Shown here: piece after piece, positions 1-11,300 of the stretch | Numbering within the stretch: the stretch's first letter is position 1 | How the letters are laid out: each line of letters opens with the position of its first letter | NCBI GenBank assembly: GCA_002633005.1 | Contig: NMRA01000155.1 | Coordinates: forward strand, 303,844-367,843 | Direction: 5' to 3' | DNA: 64,000 bases | Source: Phoronis australis | Lineage: Eukaryota; Animalia; Phoronida | Notes under the pieces: model-generated | What the model was told of the DNA's origin: nothing | Database searches by the model: none | The model's input: only the letters and a program-made list of their open reading frames with translations | Translations under genes and position numbers: made by a program

Positions 1-1567
1 TGAATTTGTAAAGCTAATGAAAATGTCGGAGACTATTGCTCAGATTAATCTAATGAAATTTGTATTTCACGCCACTACCCTCAGAGTTATCCTGTAAATT
101 TGTAACATGTGGGCCAAGACCTTTTAGGAGTAAAAAGAAACGCCAGTATATCACCATCTATTTCATTTCAACATTTAATAATGTTGAATCCAATAGATGA
201 TGATATAGTAGCATTTGGTTTTCCTTTGTTTTTGTGATGTTCCTTGACGGATTTAAATGAAATTCGGTAAATGATATATATTTGTTTTTGGATAGATTCG
301 GCGTATTTTGCGCCATCTCGAAGCCAAAGTTTTGATGACACAAATAATAGGCGGACTTAGGGGGGTCAGCCCCCCTGGCAGTCGCAAAAAAAATAAAACT
401 GCAAGAGCGCCATCGTTTTCGTTTTTTATTCCTCCATTTGGTAAAACGTCTGCATACCCAGAAATGAGAGTCCCCTAGATTGTAGCCTGGACGCACGCAT
501 GCAATCGTACTTTCCGCGATTACCGAACACGAAATGGTGGGTCCCCCCATATGATATCCTATATCCGCCACTGCAAATAAGCAGTCATGGAAGTGCACCA
601 TTTGTGGTGCATTTATGGGCGCATTTCAGAGCTCCGCGTTGCTCTTGTCTTTTCTTAGATTGATCTTGGAAAGGGGAGAATTGCCATCGCGCTTCAACCA
701 ATATTTGTCTAGTTTATCCAACTTTATCCCGTCGAGTTGAGGCCCTCAGCACAGCAGTAATACGTCGTTGGTATTGGGAGGACGAATAGAGTACTGCAGC
801 CGAGAACAACTTGTTAATAATATGGCAACAACAAAGTGAATGTAATTTTCCAATGGCGTGTGTGAGGATATAAATAATGCTTGTGAGATATTGGAACACA
901 GTGAGATTTAAGCGTCGTTGAGTAATATAGAACGGCCCTATGGTCGGTAAAATATGAGATCTGAGCTCACGTTATTACAGAAAAATCCAATCTCTATTCA
1001 GAATGTGCTTTTAAGAAGTATTTTTGAGTGGAGTCATGATATATTGTCGATTTCTACGACATGTTGTTTGACAGTTGTTGGTGAGCCGACTCGTAGACGA
1101 GCCTGTCTCGCCATCTGGTGGCTGTCGAAGTGTAATATCTCTTGCACCCAAATGACTTGGAGATAATTATTAAACAATATTGAAATTACGCTTAAGACTT
1201 TGAATATGATTAACAAACTACGAAAGGCCAATTTGGTTTTAACAAGAGACCATTTTTATTTTTATAAGAGATTTTTTATCGATTTCTCAATCTGCCTGCC
1301 AGCACTCGAAAATTTTTGTATTCGTTTTGTGCGAGACAATTCGATTGTTGACTAGTATCACACATCAATATACACGATTGTACTTTTGTTTAAGTACCCA
1401 TGTCCTTTATCATTTCAGTAAGTACACATCGTGAGTTGAGTTGAAGTGGCAGTGGTTATTGTTTAAAAGCTCGTGCAACTGTATACTGTCGCTTTTACAG
1501 TGCAAAAAGGCGTTGTGGTGTGTACAAACATTTCTGTTGATTCAGTAAGCGCCTCCCACCAAGACCA

Positions 1568-2362
1568 ATGTTTGTATCTTGTTTTTTTGTCATCGCGATA
1601 TTTATGTGTTCGTGCCAAGGCAACGTTATGAAGGTAGAACATTTCAGGAAACTTCACGGTTCCGATAATTTAGGAAATGCTCAGGTGTTCCGCACTTATT
1701 CAGTTACGACGTTATCAGAATGTGCGCTAGGCTGCATATCTGAAGATTGTAAGTCGTTCAGTTGTGATGGCCATGAAAAGATTTGCGAGCTATGCTCATC
1801 AGTAGCCAATTCGACGTCACAGTCGTCTCGGCGCACCGGTTTTAGTCATTGGCGAGTTGCTGCGGTTAATGAAGGATTGGTCGAAGAATCACATATGCTG
1901 ACTTCAAACAACACCTCAGTGTGGATAAGCGATGGCACTTCTCAGTCAACACCTATCATTTCTACGACGACAATCGATACTGTTCCCACCACTACTGACC
2001 TAATGACAAGAATCGCTGCGTATGCGACTGTTGAGCCTGCAACAACAGCCAATAAGTCTACCGACACTAAACCAAGAACTGCTTCTGAGACGACGCCTGC
2101 TGAACCTGCACTAACCATCGCTAAATCGTCTATTTCTCAGTGGACAACCTTTTATGGTTATGCTTCTACTGATCAACCAACACCAACTACCACTGAGTCG
2201 ACAACTTCTTCTGATGACTCATCTGACGAGACGATACAAACCACCGTCGTAGCGACGTCATCAAAAACTTCCTCTCAAACTACGTCTACTGAGGTGATAA
2301 CAACCATCACAGAAACTCCACTTTCAAAAGCTGACCCGGATTTACTCGAGAATCTCAACTGA
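1568..2362 (+). CDS. Secreted PAN/Apple-like Cys-domain protein with Thr/Ser-rich mucin-like stalk (264 aa; may be one exon of a longer gene)
   Basis: Hydrophobic N-terminal signal peptide (MFVSCFFVIAIFMCSCQG). PAN/Apple-like Cys pattern ECALGC-x4-CKSF-x7-CEL. About 140 aa of T/S/P-rich low complexity follows. Uninterrupted 795-bp ORF. Confidence 0.7.
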   Translation: MFVSCFFVIAIFMCSCQGNVMKVEHFRKLHGSDNLGNAQVFRTYSVTTLSECALGCISEDCKSFSCDGHEKICELCSSVANSTSQSSRRTGFSHWRVAAVNEGLVEESHMLTSNNTSVWISDGTSQSTPIISTTTIDTVPTTTDLMTRIAAYATVEPATTANKSTDTKPRTASETTPAEPALTIAKSSISQWTTFYGYASTDQPTPTTTESTTSSDDSSDETIQTTVVATSSKTSSQTTSTEVITTITETPLSKADPDLLENLN

Positions 2363-3756
2363 CACCCGTGAGCTGAGGTTCCTTAATTGGGAGTGAATTC
2401 AAGGGACGAGCTACTTGGATGGGTAACTTTTTCACGGTCAGAAAGGATTGTTTTTCGGATAAAATTCCGTACGCAATTGTTTACGTTTGGGTTGCAAGAG
2501 ATTTGTGTTTTTTCGTATATTTCAAATTGTATTTAAAGGAATGAAATCCAAAGAGATGTCACTCTGTTTAAATGCATTACATTAACTTTTCTGACTTATT
2601 TGAACTCTCTAGTAAAAGTCTGTGTTGGGAAAAACTACATAAGACTTTTTCATTTCCAACAAGTGGGCTCTTAATAGTACTTAGATCTACCATAGGGAAG
2701 ATTTTCATCTTGCCGACTCTCGAAAATAGTGGACAGGTATCTCTTAATTTCTTAGCAGCACTTGTGTAAGATATAGTCGTGTTTCCCTCGGAGGAAAAAG
2801 CGTCTGTGTGCGTGATTTTTGGAGTGGACGCATTATTAGTTATTCTGTAGTCATTTTAAGGTTATGTAGAACAATCCCCATTGTTGCGTTGAAATATCTG
2901 GATAAAAGTAAGCAGTATTATTAAGTGGTGGTTGTGTGCAGCAATCACTGTTTGTGACACCATGAGACTGATGGAGACTAAGCTAAGTGCCCATTCTTTT
3001 AGACATTCGGTGCGAAATGTACTCCATTTTAGTTCTACTAACCCAAAAATGAACGCTTTTGTGGGGATTAAAATCGGGAAAGGTATCTTCATTTCGTACG
3101 GCCATCAAAAAAACCATCTTCTTCATCCAGTATGTATGCCATCTCCCGGAGGAAAGTCCAATGTCTTTATGCAATCATGGGTATTATATATTGTTCATTT
3201 TAGCCCTCCCTAGAAGTTAATGGGTGTTTTGATAGAGTTATCATTTTGATATGCATGTATGTGCATGTAAAAATTGCATTAGTTTGCGCTTACTCTTTAT
3301 TATCTCTTTTTGATCGTATTGATAAATCTGTTCATTCTTTCAAAGCCAGAGTTCTAAGTAGGATGTTGGGTGCAGATTGTGAAAACATGAATAGTTTTTT
3401 GTTATCTTTAAATGTACAAAAGGTACATACAAAGCGCTGTTTGTTCTATTTAAACAACATCAAAACACGCAACAGGATTATCAAAATCATTTGATTTCAA
3501 CAAAGAAATCCGAAAACGTGCTTGCTTGAAAATACTGCGAATGAACTCACTTGTCGCCTTTGCTCGAGTTGCCAGTTCAGTGGTCGCCCTCTCGTGGCAA
3601 CTACATGTAGGTCGGTTAAGGCTCTCGTGTGCGGTGACCGTAAATAACCTATTCAACTAGAGGCTTTTGTTGCCTATTCTTTATACTGGAACTGGGACTG
3701 AAAAGGTGTTCGTCATGAAAGGTTTAAACACTGACATCTAGTGATATACAAGTATG

Positions 3757-3792
3757 CTTAAGTAAACGGAGTGAATAAAGCGATTTCGCAAT
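3757..3792 (+). promoter_or_regulatory. Conserved upstream element of gene A (forkhead-like / C/EBP-like motifs)
   Basis: CTTAAGTAAACGGAGTGAATAAA...ATTTCGCAAT about 130 nt before the ATG; homologous blocks at the same spacing upstream of B and C. Confidence 0.45.
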
Positions 3793-3892
3793 TCTTTGTA
3801 CTGGTTCTTTAAAAGATAGACGACGTGACTGTCTCGACGCACATGCCTTCGCGAAAGTATTAGTGTGCACTAGCTGTATAACGACGTACAGG

Positions 3893-5322
3893 ATGAGAAT
3901 TATAGTATTTTTCGTGTCTTGTGCAGTCTTGTTTGTCGGAGTGTTAGGCGTAGACTCGGTAGTAAACGTGAAGGGTGGAAAATTGAAAGGTGAGTGGTCT
4001 CAGGCGGATGGAGTAACTCGTTTTTTGGGTGTTCCTTATGCTTTACCACCAGTAGGGGAGCGCAGGTTTGCCCCTCCCCAGATGATGCAAAGTTGGGACG
4101 TGGAGAAGGATTGCACATCATACAAACCCTCATGCCCTCAGCCATTGGAGATGTTGAATGATTCGCGATCGGGTTATTTAAGAACATACAACGTTTCATT
4201 TGACTTACCGAAGACTAATGAAGATTGCTTGTACTTGAACATTTTTGTTCCTGGTGAGGTTCAAGGTAACAAATCTTTGCCAGTTATGGTTCATTTCCAA
4301 GACGGTGGATTTCAAGTCGCGCTTTCCGACGTGTTCGACGGTTCCAGCCTTGCACGGGAAGGTGACGTCATAGTTGTAACTTTCAGTTCCCGACTTGGTG
4401 CTCTTGGTTTCTATGGAGGGCACAATTTGGGACTTTGGGACCAGATCAACGTTTTGAAGTGGATGCATCACAACATTGGCGCGTTTGGTGGTGATGCAGA
4501 CAGGGTGACTTTGTTTGGAGTTGGATCAGGTGCATTCGCCGTTGGTCTCCATGTTCTATCCGCGGAGAGTAGAGGGTTGTTCAAAAGGGCCATCTCTCAA
4601 GGTACATCTGCCTACGATACAACCTTATTAAACTCAAATCCAGCTACTGCAAATTCTGCTTTCAACAAAGCAGTGAAGTGTGAACTCAAGGACATGAATG
4701 AACAGATGAAATGTTTGAGGTCGCTGAAGGTTGAGGACATTCTTGATGTACAGGCAAAACTTGCATACCAGTACCTTAATTTCATGCCGGCAGTTGATGG
4801 CAAAATACTACAAGACACACCAACCAAGATATTGGAAACGATGAAATTCAATGACGTGGACTACATGTTAGGTGTCAACAGCAACGGGGGATCTGCTGGT
4901 GTTTTTGACTTCTTCGCCCGTCTAAACACGGGTGCTGACGAAAATTATTTCAAGTCGTTCATAGACGCTGCTGCCTACATTGCATCACCGACAAATTTCG
5001 CCGCTGCAAAGGCAGCTTTGTCCTATGAATACATGCCAATGATGAAAGACAGTATGAACAGCAAGCAGTGGTTTCAAAAATCATTGGACTTTTCTAGAGA
5101 TGGTTACTTAAGTCAGATCAGAGGAGCTCAGTTGATACACGCCGGGGCTGGGTTACACGTTTATGCCTACTATTTTGACCAGTCTCCGCCGGTTTTAAGT
5201 GGCGTCCCAGTCGACGTGTTGGGTGTACCTGCGGGTGTGGAGGAGTTGTTCCTATTTGGAGGAGTACGTCATGAGTTCAGTAAACGACTGATGAAAACCT
5301 GGGCAAGTTTTGCTAAATCAGG
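3893..5322 (+). CDS. Gene A exon 1: signal peptide + most of the non-catalytic esterase domain
   Basis: ATG 3893; donor GG|GTATGT; 1430 nt, same length as B and C exon 1. Confidence 0.92.
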
Positions 5323-8300
5323 GTATGTACGGTACACAACCAGACAAGTTCTTTTCGTTATTGGTTATTGTAGCCAAAATTCATAGACGCACTTTATCAT
5401 GAGAATTCTTGAATGGCTTTCGTCAATCCTCAGCAGTAGACAGAAAACGTCCTTAAGTTTTCTTCATTTCCAATTTTCCAATTCTTAAGTCAAACACAAT
5501 GAGTTTTGCAATTTTTGCATTTTCTTTTTGCAGCAAATTTGTCAAAGTTTTTATGGTGTCAGTTTCATAGAAAGTAACTTTGTCTGTAATTGTGACTAAA
5601 ACTTTCTAAATAATTTTTTTTCTCCAATAGTTGATGCATTGCGTATTAAAAATATTCTGTAAAAATTATTTTGAGTAACTTAAAGATATATTTATAAAGA
5701 TCATAAACTTTGGCCACTGAGATGAGATACCTATTGCTAATCTGGAAAAGATGCTCAAACGGACACATATTTTTGCGAATGAATACTTTTCTTGGAGTGA
5801 GCAACTGCTCTTGAAAATTCATGTTAATGACAGTGTATAAACAGGTGGTGACTAATTAAAATTATGGTTTTCAGCAAGCCCTTTTTAGAACTTAGTGACG
5901 GCACTACATTAGGCTGGCCACACTTTAACGCGACGAACCAGAAAATAGTACTTTTGCGAGCCGACGTTACTAAGGCAAACGCTGTGATGGATTCTTTGCC
6001 AGACGATTTGGAACGAAAGGTTTCTTTCTGGGTTGAATTTCTACCCCAAATAACATCTCAAAGACACGGGTGCCGCAACGAGACATCTTCAACTATGGAG
6101 CACGAACACCCTATGATTCGTCTCAAGCAAGGTCACGTCCTTGGACGAAGTAGGAAAGTTGCAGGTAATTTGGTAGATTTGCGCTTTTGGTTGCTCGCCT
6201 GCTATACACCCTCGGGGGTTGGCTAAGTGAAGTACACTGTAACCTCCGGGGTGTAAATTGTTTGTTATCGAACTTCACCGTTATAGCTCCGCAGGCAGTC
6301 TTGTGTTCCTCCTGCTGTGGGTGCTTTTCTTATCACGAAAAATACACATTTGCGTGAATAAGAATATATTTGACGGGTGCAGAAATAACACTTCCTGAAG
6401 GTGTCTATTGTTATGAAAGTGTGTACACAGAAAGTGGTTGCATAATCAAGACTAAATGAAACTTGCGGGCTCACAATATATATACATATTAAGCTCTACC
6501 CACTTTGATGGCCAAATGACCAAATGATACTATGGCTAGCTGATTTCAAAGCATTGTGTGCACGAAACGATGCAAAAAGTGATGAGACATCATTGGTACA
6601 AGCCTGACGGAAGATATTGAGAAACGAAACCTGTGCCTTCCGGATGCTTAAAATAAGTCTCATCACCGTTACATTTATGATAAACCACATTCGTTAATCG
6701 GTGGTCAGATTTGTTCAGTTCTCTGTGAACACAGTTCTATTTGTTGACCCGTAAGCTCAAAGGCTAGGTTAAGTTCTTGATAAATTGTTCTTAAGACGCT
6801 GACGCAGTAAACTCAATGTGTTTAATTGGAATATCAAGTGAGTGCGTGGGGTAATGTCTCATAACATGCTCGTCGTGCCCTGGACAGCTTTTGTTATTCC
6901 AGCAATTGAAATGAGTTTTCCACAGTGAATCCCCAAAAAGTTTAATAAATTCCACCGTGTCTTGTTGGAGTCTTTTATCAATATTGGGCCTTTTCCTATT
7001 GGCGCTGCCGTTCTTAAGTAATACCAGTAAGAGAATGACTTCTGATTAATCCCGACTCAGAACTGGTGGAAATTCAATTGTAAATAATAAACGATGGAAC
7101 AAATTCCAGTGTCAGACACTCACATAGTTTGATGTTAGATTTCACTATTTTATTTTAGCATTTTGACACCGGCTAGGAACAAAATTCGCCCGCTTGATCA
7201 GTGACAGCCACTGGCTTTCTTGTGGATTCATCTTCGCAGCGGGAATTGTATGGAATTGGATGTATTACTCATCAACTGATAATTCATAACGTTTGCATTT
7301 TTTGGAAAAGCATTCGTTCATCTCAATCCAACAATGAATAGAAATTTGCCGTCATTATAATAGCAGGAAAGGTGTTAAAATGCTGTTTATACCTGTAGGT
7401 TGAAGCTTTCCGTCCACATTATTGGAGATGTGTAGGTGGGGATGAACGCCGGTTCAGACATGAACGCCAACTGGCAGTTATTTCGAAATTCAGTTTTTCA
7501 TGTGTGCCACTGCTAGTACCCTTTTGTTTCAAAGAAGAGCGACAATGCATGACCTACAAGATACCTGCTTGCAGTTTGCTGCTAGTTGAACCCCAAGGCA
7601 TATTTCCGACAAATTTGTGAATTGCTTCATCTTCGGTTGCATGTATGCAACACATGGCTACAGCCATTTCATATTTATCGCAGGTTTGTAATAGAAATAT
7701 CAATTAATCATTGTCAGTTCCATAAATCAATTTACATTTCCCACACAATAAACAGTAGATGTGCTTGTGCAATTCAGGAAACCACTTTCCATACGAAGAA
7801 TACCTGGATATCCCATATGCAGCGCCACCTGTGGGAGACTTACGATTCCATCCTCCAAGGCCCCATCAAGGCTGGAAGGGCATTCTAAATAGAACAAGGG
7901 AGACAACTGGGGTGAAGATGTGCCTACAAGCAACCTTTTCAAAGCTTCCGTTTGAGGTCATGGATGAAGACTGCTTAACGTTAGACATTTACCTGCCATA
8001 CGGAATTTCAAAAATCAGGTAATTCACGTTCAGGGCCTAGTGCTGTGTGTTATAATGTACATATACCTAGAGATATGACATGGAAGGTGTTAATAATTGA
8101 CTTGAAAACTGATGACGATTAAACCTTATCTCCAGCCTGCGCAAATCCATTGCCAGAATTTTTTTACTTTGCTTGACGTTTACCGATTGCCGATTTCTTG
8201 ACGATGTGTCCGGTCGACTGTCAAGATACAGTAACTGATGCAATTGTGTTTCAATCGGAAACTCATGGGATTCATGTTGGCAACTCTATGTGATCAACCA

Positions 8301-11300
8301 TCGAACTTTTTCTGTGTTGAGAAAGAAAGGAAAATTACTTACTAATGCCGGGCTTCTTATTTTTGTTATATTTGGAGTTGTGAATATACTTTGTTTTCCG
8401 AATTTTGAATACTAGTAAATGGTTTTATTGGGGTCAATGAGTGTTTGATGTATTCATTTCGCAAGGTAGAGAAGTTAAGAAAAATTCAGCCGACTTGGCA
8501 CTGATGCACACTCTCTGTATAGACTCTATGTCTTGTCGCATAAGGTCAATTAAACAATATTCAATATTTGCTCTAGAGTCACATAACTGGTTGTGTTTGG
8601 TGCCTGATCATCAGGCGAAATGGATTTACATAGCACCCCAATCGTCATTTTATGCACCCATATGTTTAAATGTGGGTGCGTATCGTCGTCATTTTTTTCC
8701 GGGGCGTCCGGTGTTTGGCGTCCACGGCTGTTTCTGTAAACCCCTTGAAGGTTCTTCATGAGATTTGGCACACGTGTTCTTATGAAGCTGACAACAGAGG
8801 ATTGCGGGTTGAACACTAATCCAATTACTAGCCCTCTAATAGCAAATTTTCACGTTTGCCTCTATAACTGGAGTTCCTAGTTGGTTGTTCATGAAATATG
8901 GCAAATAAATTTCTAATAATGAGGTGTCGACGCTTTGCCGTCTTAGATCGGATATGACGTATTTGCGTCTTCTTGTGGAAATTTTAAATTTTTAGTACGG
9001 TTTTGACCCCCGCCTCTCCTTCCGTCAAGCCGATCAAAAAATTACTGTCAAAAGTGACAGCTGTGTCCCTGATGGTAAAACGGCTGATGACAAAGATTTT
9101 CGGATGGGTTCGACTACTCTGGCGACCCCTAGTGGCAATTCTGTTTTTTTTGGTGTGTCTGGGGCAGTACCTCATTAACTCTTTGGAGGATCTTTGTGAA
9201 ATTTGACAGATGCTCCTATTGAGATCCTAACGGATGACGAAAAATTCATACCAATTCAGACTGCAAGTGTCTAGTGGCAATTTTATCCATTCCATTTTCG
9301 GAAGTATTCAATGTATTCTGCGCCGCCTACTGGTTATGATTTCGACTTCGTTTTAGCGTGCGCCTCTTTATCCGCTCAAAGGGTGATTACGAGTCGTAGC
9401 AGTTGTAATCCTGCTGACGAGAGCATGGCTGACAATCTCCGATGGGTTTTACACCTGTGGCGACCTCTGTCGATAATCTTGTATTTATGGCTGTAGCTCC
9501 TGATTCCTTTGCAGGATGCTTGTGAAAGTTTGATATGTTTTCCATTACTTTTTTGATGGCTCTGACTGCCACTGTNCCGGTTTCTCTATGTGTCCAGAGT
9601 TCTTTGATGCTTTTTTCATGAAATTCGGCAGACAAGTTGCTATTTCTTATATGAAGTTGGCAGCACCTGTCCAATTTAGGATGAAGTCAGGCATTGAAAA
9701 CACTAAAATCATCACCACTAGAAACACACAGATTGCGGCACATTTCAATGCTCCGCGTTCTGTTGTTGCTTTTGACAAATTCGTCGTTGATTTTTATCAA
9801 AATGACTTGCCTGGTTTTGATGGTCGGTAACATAGGTATATTGTTGGATACACGTCAGAGACATCAGATAACCAGATTTAATATTTAAGTGGTCAGTCTC
9901 ATAGCATTAATGCAACTAATCAGCATCTACGCAAGTAAATGGCATTTCAACGCATTGTGTTGCTCTTGTATCAAATTTCTTTGCAGCAATTTCCGTGACT
10001 AGCAAGATTTTATTCGCCGATTACTGAAAATGTTCGTGTAGCACTGCACCCCGTGATGTACGTTTTAAAGTCACTTTTGCTGCTCTTTGCAGTGAGTGGA
10101 ATGTTGGGAAAATGAGCACCTTTAAATCTTTGCCAGTTGTAGTGTATACAGTGGGCTCTTGGGAACGTCTTGTCTATTTAATAACAATGTTTTACATGGA
10201 ATGCTTGGATATGCAAAATTTCACTGGTTACCTGATCCTTTAATAGTCCTAGTCCCGTTCTTGGCTAAGACGGTCGTTTCAACATGATAAAAAATCAACT
10301 GTGTTTTTTATTGTAAGGAGTTATTGCAATCCAGGTAAATTCCACCTTAGTTCCATTTATAGCACATTTTATCGAAGATCGTGTGCCCTATCTCAGCAAT
10401 GACACTTGTTGGCGACGCTGCCTTTTGTGACAATGGAACTTTACTGATCAAATTTGACATTTGTTTCTTTTTAACACTGATCGACAACCAAAGTTTGAAA
10501 GGAACGTTTGTTATTTGCTCAACTTCCAAGGGAAATCCTCTATAACACAAAGCATGTCTTTCATTTGAACCACTTTCGTATAAATAAATCTCTTTAATTT
10601 TCTTTTGGGGTTGAATAGAAAGCGAATTTCAGAAACTATTTCAAACAGGACAGTTTATATATTTAATCTTTAGGTCGTTACTAATGCATGCACACGGCCG
10701 TCTTTGCTGAGGTCAATGGTCTATTTCATTGAAAGAAGCTCAAGTCCGAAATTTAATTTCCCGCTCCCACAGTAAAGTGTATAGTCATGATATTGTTAGC
10801 GCATCACAGACTAGAATTAATTTATACTGATAGTCCCAGCAATTAGTAGTAATGAGTGCATTCTCAGATATTTTGTTCTTTTCCTAACATGAGTTTTGAT
10901 TATTTTTCGGAAATAGTTATGTGGAGCGTAATACCATATTTCTGAAGTATGCCTCTGAGTCAGGCATCCTTAATATATGTATGTATATATATATATAATT
11001 CACCTTCCCGCCAACAGGTACAGACAGCTGCCCGTCATGGTATTCATTCATGGAGGAGAATACAAGGAAGGTTCCAAAAACACATATCTTGGTAACGGCT
11101 TGGTCCAGAGAGAGGTTATTTTGGTCGTAATAAACTATCGACTGAGTCCGTTTGGGTTTTTGGCCACCGGTATGTATAGTTCATGGATGTACTAGTAATT
11201 ATATGACTGTCTTTGTTCTGTAAGGTTTCCAGTTACAAGAAATAAAAAGTCAACATTTTTTTATAAAATGTCCCGCGTCATCTTTGTTACCAAGAGTGAC

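Noticed and set aside
158-601. 147-aa minus-strand ORF and other short ORFs in the track
   Set aside because: No recognisable domains or splice context; consistent with chance ORFs in repeat-derived DNA
4517-4531. Calling the genes neuroligin or acetylcholinesterase
   Set aside because: No TM helix or PDZ-binding tail as in neuroligin. No choline-binding Trp in the omega loop and no CxFW third disulfide as in AChE. No gene symbol assigned.
3900-4851. Antisense ORFs recurring over the exons (e.g. 4612-4851, 11510-11770, 38337-38597, 48934-49176)
   Set aside because: Shadows of the conserved sense coding sequence, with no independent motifs
3863-5386. Treating ORFs 3863-5386, 31938-33434 and 48206-49648 as complete single-exon esterase genes
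   Set aside because: Each has a conserved donor after FAK[S/T]G that splices in frame to exon 2; the fold's C-terminal helices lie in exon 2
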